Source of the DNA: Planctomycetota bacterium
GTDB taxonomy: Bacteria; Planctomycetota; MHYJ01; JACPRB01
Assembly (NCBI GenBank): GCA_035644495.1
Contig: DASQOM010000120.1
Span: 966 to 64,965 of the forward strand
DNA length: 64,000 bases
Reading direction: 5' to 3'
Part shown: positions 47,262 through 58,967 of the stretch, piece after piece
Numbering within the stretch: the stretch's first letter is position 1
Layout of the letters: every line of letters begins with the position of its first letter
Position numbers and translations under genes: made by a program
Notes under the pieces: generated by a model
What the model was told of the DNA's origin: nothing
The model's input: the letters and a program-made list of their open reading frames with translations, nothing else
Databases searched by the model: none

Positions 47262-47341
47262 TGTAATCGGGGACTCGGAGTCACGGATTGCACACTCGGG
47301 TCTTGCACCCGGCCCCCCCGGCGGCTTAGAATTCAACGCCC

Positions 47342-47983
47342 ATGCTGAAAATCAAGATCTGCGGGATCACCCGACCCGAGGACGCGGTCGCCGCAGGCGC
47401 GGAGGGCGCCGACTATGTCGGCCTCATCTTCGCCAAGTCCGCCCGCAGGATCGAGGTCAAGACCGCCCAGGACATCCTCTGGAACCTCCCCCGCGGCGTC
47501 GAAGCCGTGGGCGTGTTCATGAACCAGACCCTCGACGAGGTCCGCCGCATCCTGGACGCGACCGGGCTCAAGATCGCCCAGCTCCACGGAGACGAATCGC
47601 CCCGCTTCTGCAAGGAGCTCGGCGTCCCCGTGATCAAGACGTTCGACACCTTCAGCGACGGCTCGATGGACAAGCTCAAGAAGTACGACGCCTTCGCGTT
47701 CCTGCTCGACCTGCCCAAAGGCGGCGGCGCCGGAGCGCGGTCGCAGATCGACACCGAGTGGGCCTCCCTGGCCAAGCGCCACGGCAAAGTCCTCCTCGCG
47801 GGCAAGCTGACCCCGCACTCCGTGGGCGACCTGGTCCGCAAGGTCCGGCCCTGGGGCGTCGACGTCTCCAGCTCCGTCGAGCAGGCGCCCGGGATCAAGG
47901 ACCGGTCGAAAATCCGGGACTTCATCCAGGCCGCGCAGGCGGCCTACAAGGAAACGACCCGCATCAAAGTCAAAACTCGATAA
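47342..47983 (+). CDS. trpF: Phosphoribosylanthranilate isomerase
   Basis: [15 protein letters not shown]......GADYVGLIF...S.R and IAQLHGDE. Confidence 0.85.
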   Translation: MLKIKICGITRPEDAVAAGAEGADYVGLIFAKSARRIEVKTAQDILWNLPRGVEAVGVFMNQTLDEVRRILDATGLKIAQLHGDESPRFCKELGVPVIKTFDTFSDGSMDKLKKYDAFAFLLDLPKGGGAGARSQIDTEWASLAKRHGKVLLAGKLTPHSVGDLVRKVRPWGVDVSSSVEQAPGIKDRSKIRDFIQAAQAAYKETTRIKVKTR

Positions 47984-47993
47984 GGCCCTCCCC

Positions 47994-49188
<1,195 letters not shown>

Positions 49189-49196
<8 letters not shown>

Positions 49197-49914
49197 GCTG
49201 CTCCTGCCGTTCGTCACCGCGGGCTATCCGACGAAGGCCGGCTGCGTCGACCTGCTGAACGCCTGCGCGTCGGGCGGCGGCGACCAGATCGAGCTCGGCA
49301 TCCCGTTCAGCGACCCGCTCGCCGACGGCCCCGTCATCCAGGCGACCTCCTATAAGGCCCTCGTCGGGGGCATCACCGTCGAGGATGTCTTCGGCATCGC
49401 CGAGACGTTCAAGGCCGTGCCGCTCAACCTCATGACCTACGTCAACCCCGTGCTGCAGTACGGGGAGCGGAAGTTCTTCGACCGCGCCGCGAAGGCCGGG
49501 GTGAAGGCCGTCATCGTGCCCGACGTGCCGCCCGAGGAGGCGGACGCGATGACGGCCGCGTCGCAGGCCAGCGGCGTCCCGAACATCTTCCTGATCTCGC
49601 CGACCTGCACGGACGCGCGGATCAAGATGATCGACAAGCTCAGCCGCGCGTGGATCTATATCGTCTCCATCAAAGGCGTGACCGGGTCGAAGATCCAGTC
49701 GGACGTCGCGTCCTTCGTGACGCGCGTCCGCAGGCTGACGAAGCATCCCCTCTATGTCGGCTTCGGGATCTCGACGCCCGACGACGCCGCCCGCATCGCC
49801 CAGGTGGCGGACGGCATCATCGTCGCCAGCGCGCTGCTGAAGCTCGTCGAGGACGGCGGCACCGCGAAGGACGTGGAGCAGTTCGTCGCCGGCCTCCGCA
49901 AGGCGATCGACTAG
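49189..49914 (+). CDS. trpA: Tryptophan synthase alpha chain
   Basis: PFVTAGYP...[18 protein letters not shown] and YVGFGIS. 8-nt overlap with trpB. Confidence 0.9.
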
Positions 49915-49966
49915 ACCCGGCCCCCCGCGCGCGCTATCATCTCTCCTTCTCGACCGTAAATAACGA

Positions 49967-51424
49967 ATGTCCGAGCACACCACCAAGCGGCGCAACCCCG
50001 CCCATCCCCACTACTGGATCCCCGAGTTCCTGCTGATCACCCGCAAGCGGCCCCGCCGGCAGATCCGGCTGATGCTGCTGGCAACCCTGGTGGGCGTGGC
50101 GACGGGTACCGGGGCGGTGCTGTTCTACGTGGCCACGGTCGTCGCGGTGCGGCTGGCCCTGGGCGGGGGCGCGGGATACTGGCCGGAGCCGCATCCCGGC
50201 GGCGAGCCGCATCTGATCTGGCCCGTCCTGCCCCGGCATGAGTTCATCCCCGGACTGCTGCTCCTGATCCCGGCCGTCGGCGGTCTCCTGAGCGGGCTGC
50301 TGGTGGGGATGTTCGCGCCGGAGGCGGAGGGACACGGGACCGACGCCGCCATCAAGGCCTACCACGAGAAGGACGGCCTGATCCGCCCCCGCGTGCCTCT
50401 CGTGAAGACCCTGGCCAGCGCGCTGACGATCGGCTCCGGCGGGTCGGGCGGCCGCGAAGGGCCGATCGCGCAGATCGGGGCGGGCATCGGGTCCACGCTG
50501 GCGAATCTCCTGGGGCTCGCCCCCTCGGAACGGCGCGTCCTCATGGCCGCGGGCGTGGGCGCCGGCGTGGCGGCGATCTTCCGGGCCCCGCTGGCGGGCG
50601 CCCTCTTCGCCGCGGAAGTCCTCTACTGGTCGCCCGAGTTCGAGTCCGAGGTCATCATCCCCGCCGGGATCGCCAGCGTCGTGTCCTACTGCACCTTCGG
50701 CTCGGTGTTCGGCTGGGCCCCGCTGTTCCGGACGCCGGACTTCGCCTTCCACAACCCGCTCGAGCTGGGACCCTATCTGCTGCTGGCGCTCGCCATGACC
50801 ACGCTCGCAGGCGTCTACACCCGCTCGTTCTACGGATTCGCCGACCTCTTCCACAAACTGAAGCTGCCGCCCTGGATGAAGCCCGCGCTCGGGGCCTTCC
50901 TGACCGGCGCCGTCGGCCTCGCCCTGTACTATGCCACCGGCCGCCGCACGGAGGCGCTCTCCGTCCTGTCTTTCGGATACGACTCGCTCCAGCGCGCCCT
51001 CGACGGCGACCCGACGGACGGCGCGGGCATCCTGATGATCGTCGCGCTGGGCAAGATCCTGACGACGAGCCTCACCATCGGCAGCGGCGGCTCGGGCGGC
51101 GTCTTCGGCCCGTCGATGGTGATCGGCGGCTGCAGCGGGGGCGCCCTGGGCCTCGTCTTCCACCACGCCTGGCCCCGCCTGGTCCCTTATCCCGCGAGCT
51201 ATGTCGTCCTCGGCATGGGCGGCTTCTTCGCCGCGGCGGCGAAGACGCCCTTCTCGACGCTGGTGATCGTCAGCGAGCTGACCGGCAGCTACCATATGCT
51301 GCTGCCGGCGATCTGGGTCTGCGTGATCTCGTTCATGCTCTCCGACGAGCACTCGCTGTTCCGCTCGCAGGTGGAGAACCGCGCGGCCTCGCCGGCGCAC
51401 CGGCGCCCGATTCATCCCGGATAG
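49967..51424 (+). CDS. ClC-family chloride channel/transporter
   Basis: Selectivity-filter motifs GSGGREGP, GVGAGVAAIFRAPLAG and GSGGSGGVFGPS. Confidence 0.85.
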   Translation: MSEHTTKRRNPAHPHYWIPEFLLITRKRPRRQIRLMLLATLVGVATGTGAVLFYVATVVAVRLALGGGAGYWPEPHPGGEPHLIWPVLPRHEFIPGLLLLIPAVGGLLSGLLVGMFAPEAEGHGTDAAIKAYHEKDGLIRPRVPLVKTLASALTIGSGGSGGREGPIAQIGAGIGSTLANLLGLAPSERRVLMAAGVGAGVAAIFRAPLAGALFAAEVLYWSPEFESEVIIPAGIASVVSYCTFGSVFGWAPLFRTPDFAFHNPLELGPYLLLALAMTTLAGVYTRSFYGFADLFHKLKLPPWMKPALGAFLTGAVGLALYYATGRRTEALSVLSFGYDSLQRALDGDPTDGAGILMIVALGKILTTSLTIGSGGSGGVFGPSMVIGGCSGGALGLVFHHAWPRLVPYPASYVVLGMGGFFAAAAKTPFSTLVIVSELTGSYHMLLPAIWVCVISFMLSDEHSLFRSQVENRAASPAHRRPIHPG

Positions 51425-51430
51425 CAGCCG

Positions 51431-52864
51431 TCATTTCTTCTTGGGCGCCTCGCCGCCGGGCACGCGCGCGGGCCAGGCCTTCTTCATCCGGGCCTTCAGG
51501 TCCGCGACGACGTCCGCGCGCCTCGGATCCGCCGCGAGGTTGACGTACTCGTGCGGGTCCGCGTCCTCATCGTAAAGCTGGGCGCCTTTCTTCGCGTCGT
51601 CCCACTCCACGTAGCGCCAGCGCTCCGTGCGCACCGCATAGCCGGGGAATCCGTTGCGCTCGACCTGCGAGTGCGCGGCCCTCTCCCAGGCCGCCGCGGG
51701 ATCCTCGAGCAGCGGCTTCAAGCTCGAGCCTTCGAGGTTCTTCGGCGCCGCGAGGCCCGCCAGGTCCGCGAGCGTCGGATAAAGATCGAGCAGCTCGACC
51801 GTGCGCGGCGACGCCTTTCCGGCCCCCTTCACCCCCGGCACGGCGATGATCATCGGTACCCGCGCGGACTCCTCGAAGAGACTCTGCTTCATCCAGAGGC
51901 CGTGCTCGCCCAGGTGGTAGCCGTGGTCGCTCCAGAAGACGACGATCGTGTCGTCCCAGAGCTTGAGGCGGTCGACGGCATCCAGGACGCGCCCGATCTG
52001 CGCGTCGACGAACGAGATCGCCGCATAGTACGCCTGTTTGCATTCCCGGGCTTGGTCGACGGTCACGCCGAAGTTCGGCCAGGGCGCCGTCGACGCAAGC
52101 GCGGGCTTCGGCACCGCCTTGAGCGCGTCCTCCGGCTCCTTCGGCAGCTGGATCCTCTCCATCGGGTACAGATCGAAGTACTTCTTCGGCGCGATGTACG
52201 GGCAGTGCGGCTTGTAGAAGCCCACGGCGAGGAAGAACGGCTTTTCGCGCGACTCCTCGAGCAGCTGGATCGCCTGCGTCGCCACCTTCCCGTCGGTATG
52301 GTCCTCGTCGCGGCCGTCCTTGTCGTTGAGCAGGCACATCGCGGAGCCGAGCCCGCGCTTGGGCGTGTAGTTGAGGATCTCCGACTCCAGCGTCGTCTTG
52401 TCGCGGCCGGCCGGGTTGAAGACGCGGTTCCACGAGGCCGGGTCGTCGAGGCCGCTCGTGCCGATGTCGCCGGGATTGCCGTAATGGTAGATCTTGCCGA
52501 TGCGGGTCGCGACGTAGGCGTTGGCCATGAACATCTGCGGCAGGGTGACGACGTCGGGCAGTCCGGTGCGGAAGTGATCGGTGAGGTTGTAGACGCGGGT
52601 CGAGGACGGGCGCAGACCCGTCATCAGGGACGAGCGGCTCGGGCTGCAGAGCGGGTACTGGCAGTAGGCGCGGTCGAAGCGGACGCCGCGCTTTGCGAGC
52701 CGGTCGATGTTCGGCGACTGCACGACGGGGTGCCCGTAGCAGCCGAGGTCGTTGTTCATGTCGTCGACGGCGATGAAGAGGATGTTCTTCTTCGGCGTCG
52801 CCTGGGGTGCGCCCGCGGCGCAGAGCAGGGCGGCGAGAACGACGAAGCCGCGGATTCGTTTCAT
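51431..52864 (-). CDS. Cys-type sulfatase (iduronate-2-sulfatase/arylsulfatase-like)
   Basis: Signal peptide. NILFIAVDDMN. Sulfatase signature CSPSRSSLMTG. WSDHGYHLGEHG. Confidence 0.9.
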   Translation of the reverse strand: MKRIRGFVVLAALLCAAGAPQATPKKNILFIAVDDMNNDLGCYGHPVVQSPNIDRLAKRGVRFDRAYCQYPLCSPSRSSLMTGLRPSSTRVYNLTDHFRTGLPDVVTLPQMFMANAYVATRIGKIYHYGNPGDIGTSGLDDPASWNRVFNPAGRDKTTLESEILNYTPKRGLGSAMCLLNDKDGRDEDHTDGKVATQAIQLLEESREKPFFLAVGFYKPHCPYIAPKKYFDLYPMERIQLPKEPEDALKAVPKPALASTAPWPNFGVTVDQARECKQAYYAAISFVDAQIGRVLDAVDRLKLWDDTIVVFWSDHGYHLGEHGLWMKQSLFEESARVPMIIAVPGVKGAGKASPRTVELLDLYPTLADLAGLAAPKNLEGSSLKPLLEDPAAAWERAAHSQVERNGFPGYAVRTERWRYVEWDDAKKGAQLYDEDADPHEYVNLAADPRRADVVADLKARMKKAWPARVPGGEAPKKK

Positions 52865-52946
52865 GGGAATCCCTCCGGTATTGGAACCCGGGCGATGACG
52901 TTTCTGCGGCGCAGATTTGTCATCACTTCTGATATCCTACCCGGCC

Positions 52947-54206
52947 ATGGACCCGACCCCTCACGTCGTGATCCTGGGCGGCGGCTTCGGCGGGCTTTCG
53001 GCGGCCCGCGCGCTCCGGAAGGCGCCCGTGCGGATCACGCTGCTCGACCGCCGCAACCACCACCTGTTCCAGCCGCTGCTCTACCAGGTCGCCACCGCCG
53101 CCCTGAACGCGGGCGACATCGCCGCGCCCATCCGCCACATCCTCAGCCGCCAGAAGAACGCGACCGTGCTGATGGCCGAGGCGACCGCAATCGATGCGGC
53201 CGGCCGGAAGATCGTGCTCGCCGACGGCGAATGCGCTTATGACCGCCTGATCGTCGCCACCGGCGCGACCCACTCGTACTTCGGCCACCCCGAGTGGGCG
53301 CCGTATGCGGTCGGACTGAAGACGATCGAGGACGCGCTCGAGATCCGCCGGCGGGTGCTCAGCGCGTACGAACAGGCAGAGCGGGAGCAGGACCCGGAGA
53401 CCCGGAAGGCGTGGCTGACCTTCGTGATTGTCGGCGGCGGCCCCACGGGCGTCGAGCTCGCGGGCGCCCTGGCCGAGATCGCCCGCCACGCGCTGGTCCG
53501 CGACTTCCGCAACATCGATCCGCGCCAGTCCCGCATCCTTCTCCTGCAGGGCGGCGACCGCGTCCTGCCCACGTTCCCGCCCGACCTCTGCGAGAAGGCG
53601 CGCCTCCAGCTGGTCGGCCTCGGCGTCGAGGTCCGCCTCAACGCGCTCGTCACCGGCATCGATGCCGAGTCCGTCCGCATCGGCGAGGAGCGCATCCCCG
53701 CGAAGACCGCGCTCTGGGCCGCGGGCGTGGCGGCGTCGCCGCTCGCGAAGTCGCTCGGGGTGAAGCTCGACAACGCCGGGCGGGTCGAGATCAACCCCGA
53801 CCTGAGCATCCCCGGCCATCCGGAGATCCAGGTGATCGGAGATCTGGCCGCGCTGAAGCAGGACGGAAAGCTGCTGCCGGGCGTGGCGCCGGCCGCGATG
53901 CAGCAGGGTCGGCACGCCGCGCTCAACATCGCCCGCGCCGTGCGGGGCGAGCCGGCGCTCCCCTTCGTCTATAAGGACAAGGGTTCGCTGGCCGTCATCG
54001 GCCGCGGCGCCGGGGTGGCCGCGTTCCCCAAGTCGAACTGGTCGGGCTTCGTCGCGTGGTGGGCCTGGCTCATCATCCATATCCTCTTCCTGATCGGCTT
54101 CCGCAACCGCATGCTCGTCCTGTTCCAGTGGGCCTGGGCCTACTGGACGTGGCAGCGCGGCGCGCGGCTGATCACGGGCGGGAACGGGACGCGTCCGAAG
54201 TCCTGA
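52947..54206 (+). CDS. ndh: Type II NADH dehydrogenase (NDH-2)
   Basis: HVVILGGGFGGL, FVIVGGGPTGVELAG and IQVIGDLA, with a C-terminal membrane-association helix. Confidence 0.85.
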   Translation: MDPTPHVVILGGGFGGLSAARALRKAPVRITLLDRRNHHLFQPLLYQVATAALNAGDIAAPIRHILSRQKNATVLMAEATAIDAAGRKIVLADGECAYDRLIVATGATHSYFGHPEWAPYAVGLKTIEDALEIRRRVLSAYEQAEREQDPETRKAWLTFVIVGGGPTGVELAGALAEIARHALVRDFRNIDPRQSRILLLQGGDRVLPTFPPDLCEKARLQLVGLGVEVRLNALVTGIDAESVRIGEERIPAKTALWAAGVAASPLAKSLGVKLDNAGRVEINPDLSIPGHPEIQVIGDLAALKQDGKLLPGVAPAAMQQGRHAALNIARAVRGEPALPFVYKDKGSLAVIGRGAGVAAFPKSNWSGFVAWWAWLIIHILFLIGFRNRMLVLFQWAWAYWTWQRGARLITGGNGTRPKS

Positions 54207-54558
54207 CGTAGGCGACGGCGAACAGCACGCCCAGCAGCAGGTCGATCATGCTGAAGCCCAGCACCAGCCCCGGGATGCGCTGCTGCAGGTAGAGGAGGGG
54301 CATGGCGATCGCGAACGTCGCCTTCTCGAGGACGGACGCGAGCATCATCGGACGGTAGCGGGCGGGATCCGTCGCGATCATGAGGAAGACGACCTGGAAC
54401 GCGACGGTGACGCCGACGAAGCCGTAGTAGAACTCCGGGTGCGTCACCGGAGGGGGATGATCCACGCCGGTCCGCGTCTCGAGGAAGTATTGCGGCCCGA
54501 CGACGAGCAGTCCGTAGATCCCGGCCCCCCGGAACACCCGCCTCGCGAAGACCATCAC
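54172..54558 (-). CDS. Small polytopic membrane protein, unknown function
   Basis: Four hydrophobic segments. Its 3' end overlaps ndh convergently by 35 nt. Confidence 0.5.
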   Translation of the reverse strand: MMVFARRVFRGAGIYGLLVVGPQYFLETRTGVDHPPPVTHPEFYYGFVGVTVAFQVVFLMIATDPARYRPMMLASVLEKATFAIAMPLLYLQQRIPGLVLGFSMIDLLLGVLFAVAYVRTSDASRSRP

Positions 54559-54579
54559 CGTCTCAACGCGCGGCCGGTC

Positions 54580-56109
54580 CTATTTCTTGCCCTTCTTCAG
54601 CCAGTCGCGGAGGGCTTCGTTGACCTGGCGGTCCATGTCGAGGCCCTTCGTCTCCGACAGCACTTTCATGGACTCCCAGACGTCCGGCGCGAGGCGCACG
54701 CCGGCGTCGCCTTCCGGCGTGGGCTGCATGACGACGAAGCGCGACGTCGTCCGGTCCGGGTTCTTGTAGGTCCAGTCGGGATTCTTCGCCTCCTGGCGGA
54801 GATCGAAGACGAACTTTTTCGTCGCCTCGTCGTAGTCGGTGATCTTCGGCAGGCGCCAGCGCGGCGGCGACGACTTCGCGTGCGCGAGCTGCTGGTCGAA
54901 CTCCGCCTTGAAGCGCGTCATCAGGCTCGGAAGCAGCTGCGCGCCGCCCACGGGCAGATAGCAGCGGTTGCCCTGCGGCGCGGAGCGGGCGCCGAAGAGC
55001 GCGCGCTCGTAGTCGTCGGGCGTCGCGGTCTTCGGGTCGAACAGCTCGTCGATCGCGCTCGACGCGGTCCGCAGCCCGTGCTTGCACGCGGTGCACTGGT
55101 TGCACGACTCGACGTACAGGAAGCGGGCGATCGCCTGCGTGACGCGCGGAATGCTGGCCTCGTCGTCGATCACGACGAAGCCGCAGGAGCCCAGGCCGGA
55201 GCCGATCATCTTGAGCGAGACGAAGTCCGCGCGCGTCTCGAACTTCTCGGGGCCGATGAAGTTCGACGACACGCCGGGGATGGCGGCCTTGAAGGAGCGA
55301 GGCCCGCGCGGGCCCCCGCCCAGCCGGAAGAGCAGCTCGCGCAGGGGGATGCCGGCCTCCACCTCGTAGACGCCGGGCTTCTCCAGGTCGCCGCAGAGCG
55401 TGAAGATCAGCGTCCCGGGCGTGTCCCGGGTCCCCAGCTTGCGGAAGGATTCCCAGCCGTGGCGGATGATGCTCGCCACGTGGGCGAAGGTCTGGGCGTT
55501 GTTGACGAGCGCGGGGTTCGGGGATTCGGCCGTGGCGAAGAGGCCGCGCTCGTAGGGGGGATAATGCGCTTCGCGGGGGAGCGGGCCCTGACCCTCGATG
55601 ACGTTGAGCAGCGCCTTCTCCTCGCCGAAGAGGTATTCGTCGGGACCGGCGACGATCTTGATCGTGTACCCGTCGAGCAGGCCCGCCTCGCGGATCTCCT
55701 CGACCGCGCGACCCAGCCGCTCGATCTCCTTCCCGAAGGACTCCTTGATCGCGATATAGAGCTCTTTCGTGCCGATGACGTGGGCCGCGATCAGCATGCC
55801 CTCGATCACCGCATACGGATTGCGGCGGATCAGCCAGCGATCCTTGAACGTCGCGGGCTCGCCCTCGGCCGCGTTGCAGACGACCGACTTCCTGGGGCAG
55901 GGATGCTTCCGGATCGTCCCCCACTTCGTGCCCGTCGGAAACCCGCCGCCGCCGCGCCCGCGGAGCCCGGACTCCTCGATCTCCGAATGCACGGCACCCG
56001 GGCTCATCTTGCGCGCCTTCGGGACGGCGTGGTCGCCCGTCGCCTTTCCGTACGCGGCGTACGTCTCGTACGGCGAGGCCGGGATCAGCCAATGGTTGTG
56101 CTTCGCCAT
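54580..56109 (-). CDS. Stand-alone NuoF-like (51-kDa subunit family) flavoprotein with a C-terminal extension
   Basis: FMN/NADH site GLRGRGGGGFPTGTKW. Also CNAAEGEPATFKDR. Fe-S motif ESCNQCTACKHG. The C-terminal 90 aa or so are unrelated to NuoF. No other nuo genes are nearby. Confidence 0.7.
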   Translation of the reverse strand: MAKHNHWLIPASPYETYAAYGKATGDHAVPKARKMSPGAVHSEIEESGLRGRGGGGFPTGTKWGTIRKHPCPRKSVVCNAAEGEPATFKDRWLIRRNPYAVIEGMLIAAHVIGTKELYIAIKESFGKEIERLGRAVEEIREAGLLDGYTIKIVAGPDEYLFGEEKALLNVIEGQGPLPREAHYPPYERGLFATAESPNPALVNNAQTFAHVASIIRHGWESFRKLGTRDTPGTLIFTLCGDLEKPGVYEVEAGIPLRELLFRLGGGPRGPRSFKAAIPGVSSNFIGPEKFETRADFVSLKMIGSGLGSCGFVVIDDEASIPRVTQAIARFLYVESCNQCTACKHGLRTASSAIDELFDPKTATPDDYERALFGARSAPQGNRCYLPVGGAQLLPSLMTRFKAEFDQQLAHAKSSPPRWRLPKITDYDEATKKFVFDLRQEAKNPDWTYKNPDRTTSRFVVMQPTPEGDAGVRLAPDVWESMKVLSETKGLDMDRQVNEALRDWLKKGKK

Positions 56110-56167
56110 GGGGCTAATGATTGCCCGAACGCGAGCCAACATTCAAGAAAAGTCCGACGGGGGGGAT

Positions 56168-56515
56168 TCAGCGCTGGACGTGCGAGACGACATAGAGCTC
56201 GATGCCCAGCCAGAGGCTGCGCGAATAGCGGAAGAACCAGAGGGGAAAGACGATGGAGAAGGCGGCCAGCGGCCACAGGAGCCAGGGCAGCGGAACCCGG
56301 TCGAGCAGCGGCAGCGCGACGGCGAGCAGGATCAGGGTGGTCACGCCGTAGTTGATGTACATCGCGCCGATGTAATAGCCCTGCTCGCGTTTGAAATCCA
56401 GGCCGCAGGACGCGCAGGCGTCGGGCATGGTGAGGAAGCGCGTGAACATCCGGCCTTCGCCGCACCTCGGGCAGCGAAGCCGCAGGCAGCGGCCCACGGT
56501 CAGCCAGAACCTCAT
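56168..56515 (-). CDS. DUF983-family zinc-ribbon membrane protein
   Basis: CPRCGEGRMF...CASCGLDF followed by two TM segments. ATGA overlap with the upstream outer-membrane factor gene. Confidence 0.65.
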   Translation of the reverse strand: MRFWLTVGRCLRLRCPRCGEGRMFTRFLTMPDACASCGLDFKREQGYYIGAMYINYGVTTLILLAVALPLLDRVPLPWLLWPLAAFSIVFPLWFFRYSRSLWLGIELYVVSHVQR

Positions 56516-57903
56516 GGCTCCCGCGACTCCCACCCGCCGCCCAGCGCCTTGTAGAGGGCCACGAGGTTCAGCGTCACGTCCGCCTGGCTGCGCGCCCGTT
56601 CGGCCTCGTTGATGTACGCCGCGCGCTGCGCGTCCAGCACGTCGATGAAGCTCGTCAGCCCCTTCCGGTAGAGGTCGTCGGCCAGTTCGACCGACTTCCG
56701 GTTCGCCGCGACCGCCTCCTCGAGACGGCGCAGGCGGTCGCCTTCGCGGAGATAGGCGACGAGCGCGTTCTCGACATCCTCGAGCGCGTTCAGCACCGAT
56801 TTCTCGTAGAACGCCAGCGCCTGCTCCTGCTGCGCGTCCTGCACCGCGATCTGGGAGCGGATGCGGCCACCGGCGAAGATCGGCCAGCGGATCGACGGAC
56901 CCAGCGACCAGGCCCGGCTTTCCCATTTCAGGAAGTCCCCCGAGCTGAGGCTGTCCAGTCCGAAGGCGCCCGTCAGCGAGATCCGGGGATAAAGGTCCGC
57001 GGTCGCGATGCCGATCGCCGCGGTCGCCGCCGCCAGCCGGCGCTCGGCCTGGCGCACGTCGGGCCGGCGCAGCAGCAGCTCCGACGGCAGCCCCACCACC
57101 ACGCGCGGCGGGGCGCCGGGGATGGGCCGCGTCGCCGCGAGCTCGGCCGTCAGCGCCTCGGGCGCCAGCCCGAGCAGCACGCTCAGGCGGTGGATCGTCT
57201 GCTTGAGCGCGGCCTCGACCTGGGGGATCGCCGCCTCCGCCGACGCCAGGAGCGCCTCGGCGCGGGAGACGTCCAGCGTCGTCGCCACGCCGGCCGCGAG
57301 CCGGGCCCGCGTGATCTCGACGGTGTCGCGCGCGGACGCCGCGTTCCTCCGGAGGACGTCGATCAGGAGCTGGTTGCCGCGGAGGCCGACGTAGTTGCGG
57401 GCCACCTCGCCCAGCAGCGTCACGAGCACCGCGCGACGGTTCTCGATCCAGGACTCATAGTCGGCGGTCGCGGCCTCGTAGCCGCGCTGCACGGCGCCCC
57501 AGAGGTCGAGCTCCCAGGACGCGTCGAAGCCGGCCTTGTAATGGGTCGTATAGAGATCCGGCACCCCGAACTGGAGGGCGTTGGGACTCTGCCGGGCCCG
57601 CGTCACGGAGCCGCCCGCGTCGATCTCGGGCAGGGCCGCGGCGAACACGATGCCCATCTGCGCGCGGGCCTCGTTGACGCGGCCCACCGCGATCCTCAAG
57701 TCGTGGTTCGACTTCACCGCGCGATCGACCAGGCGGTTCAGCTCGTCGTCGCCGAACAGGGCCCACCAGGTCGAGAGGTCGGCGGTCGCGGTGTCCGCCT
57801 TTTCGCCCCAGGCGGCGGGGGCCTCGGTCTTCGGGCGCTCGTAATCGGGCCCGACCGCGCAACCCGCGGCGAGCAGCAGGACGGCGACGGAAGTTCGCTT
57901 CAC
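56512..57903 (-). CDS. Efflux outer-membrane factor lipoprotein (NodT/TolC family)
   Basis: GTG 57903 in a GTGA overlap. Lipobox LLLAAGC. GPDYERP and WW..F.D..L..L motifs of NodT-family OMFs. Confidence 0.85.
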   Translation of the reverse strand: MKRTSVAVLLLAAGCAVGPDYERPKTEAPAAWGEKADTATADLSTWWALFGDDELNRLVDRAVKSNHDLRIAVGRVNEARAQMGIVFAAALPEIDAGGSVTRARQSPNALQFGVPDLYTTHYKAGFDASWELDLWGAVQRGYEAATADYESWIENRRAVLVTLLGEVARNYVGLRGNQLLIDVLRRNAASARDTVEITRARLAAGVATTLDVSRAEALLASAEAAIPQVEAALKQTIHRLSVLLGLAPEALTAELAATRPIPGAPPRVVVGLPSELLLRRPDVRQAERRLAAATAAIGIATADLYPRISLTGAFGLDSLSSGDFLKWESRAWSLGPSIRWPIFAGGRIRSQIAVQDAQQEQALAFYEKSVLNALEDVENALVAYLREGDRLRRLEEAVAANRKSVELADDLYRKGLTSFIDVLDAQRAAYINEAERARSQADVTLNLVALYKALGGGWESREP

Positions 57904-58958
57904 GGCTTCGCTCCGTTCTTCACCTCGATGAAGACGTCCATCTGCTGGCCGACATACACGGGCAGCGCCCCGCTCGGGAAGCTGTAGACGGCCTGCATCA
58001 CGCGGGTGTCGACGCGTTCGGTGGAGTCGCCGGTCAGCGAGCGCTTGGGCACGACATAGGGCTCGACGTACTCGAACTGGAGGGCGGTCTTGAGCTCGCG
58101 GTTGCCGCGCACGAAGGCGAAGGCGGCCGCCCCCTTCTGGAAGCGCCAGGCGTCGTTCTCGTCGACGTCGACGCGCAGATTCACCCGCTCCAGCGGGCCG
58201 AAGAGCACGAGCGGACTCTGGAGCGCGCCCGCGGGGGCGAATTCGCCGGCGCGGATATTGACCTGGAGGACCTTCCCCTTCGCGGGGGCGCGGACCACGA
58301 GCCGTCCGATCTCGGTGTCGGTCTGGTCCACCAGGGCCTGAGCCGCGGCGACCTCCGCCTCGGAGACCTGGATGTCGGCCTTCCACGACCCGGCCTTGAG
58401 CAGGATCAGCGCGGCCTTCGCCTCCGCGAGCCGAGCCTCCTGGGCCTGCACCGCGAACTTGCGGCGCTGGAGGTCCTCGACCGTGACCGCGCGCTTGTCG
58501 GCGACGCTTTCCCAGAGCGTGACCTGGTTCCTGAAGTCGGCGAGCTGGGCTTCCGCAGCGGCCACGCGCGACTCCGCCGGCGGCAGCTCCTCCGCGCGCG
58601 GCGCAGACTTGAGCCGCTCCAGCCGGGCCTTCGCCGAGCCGAGCGCGGTCTTCCGGACGGCGAGCTCGGCCCGCGTGTCCCGATCGTCGAGCTTGAACAG
58701 CGGCGCGCCCGCGGCGACGTCGTCGCCGACCTTCACGTTCACCTCGAGCACGAGGCGGGCGAGCGGCGCGCCGATGGCGACGTTGCGGTTCATCGCCTCG
58801 AGGATGCCGGAGCCCGCGATATAGGTCGCGAAGGGTGGCCGCGCCGGATCCGCGATCGGCTGGGCGACGGGCGCCGGCTGGCTCCCCGCGGCCACGGTCA
58901 CGATCGCGAACGCGGCGCCCGCCAGGGCGAGGACCGGGAGCAGGATGATTCGGAGCAT
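57900..58958 (-). CDS. HlyD/MacA-family periplasmic adaptor
   Basis: N-terminal TM, a lipoyl-like V.VKVGD.V..G..LF.LD, a long coiled-coil hairpin, and then a beta-barrel. Confidence 0.8.
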   Translation of the reverse strand: MLRIILLPVLALAGAAFAIVTVAAGSQPAPVAQPIADPARPPFATYIAGSGILEAMNRNVAIGAPLARLVLEVNVKVGDDVAAGAPLFKLDDRDTRAELAVRKTALGSAKARLERLKSAPRAEELPPAESRVAAAEAQLADFRNQVTLWESVADKRAVTVEDLQRRKFAVQAQEARLAEAKAALILLKAGSWKADIQVSEAEVAAAQALVDQTDTEIGRLVVRAPAKGKVLQVNIRAGEFAPAGALQSPLVLFGPLERVNLRVDVDENDAWRFQKGAAAFAFVRGNRELKTALQFEYVEPYVVPKRSLTGDSTERVDTRVMQAVYSFPSGALPVYVGQQMDVFIEVKNGAKP

Positions 58959-58967
58959 CTCGTCACC

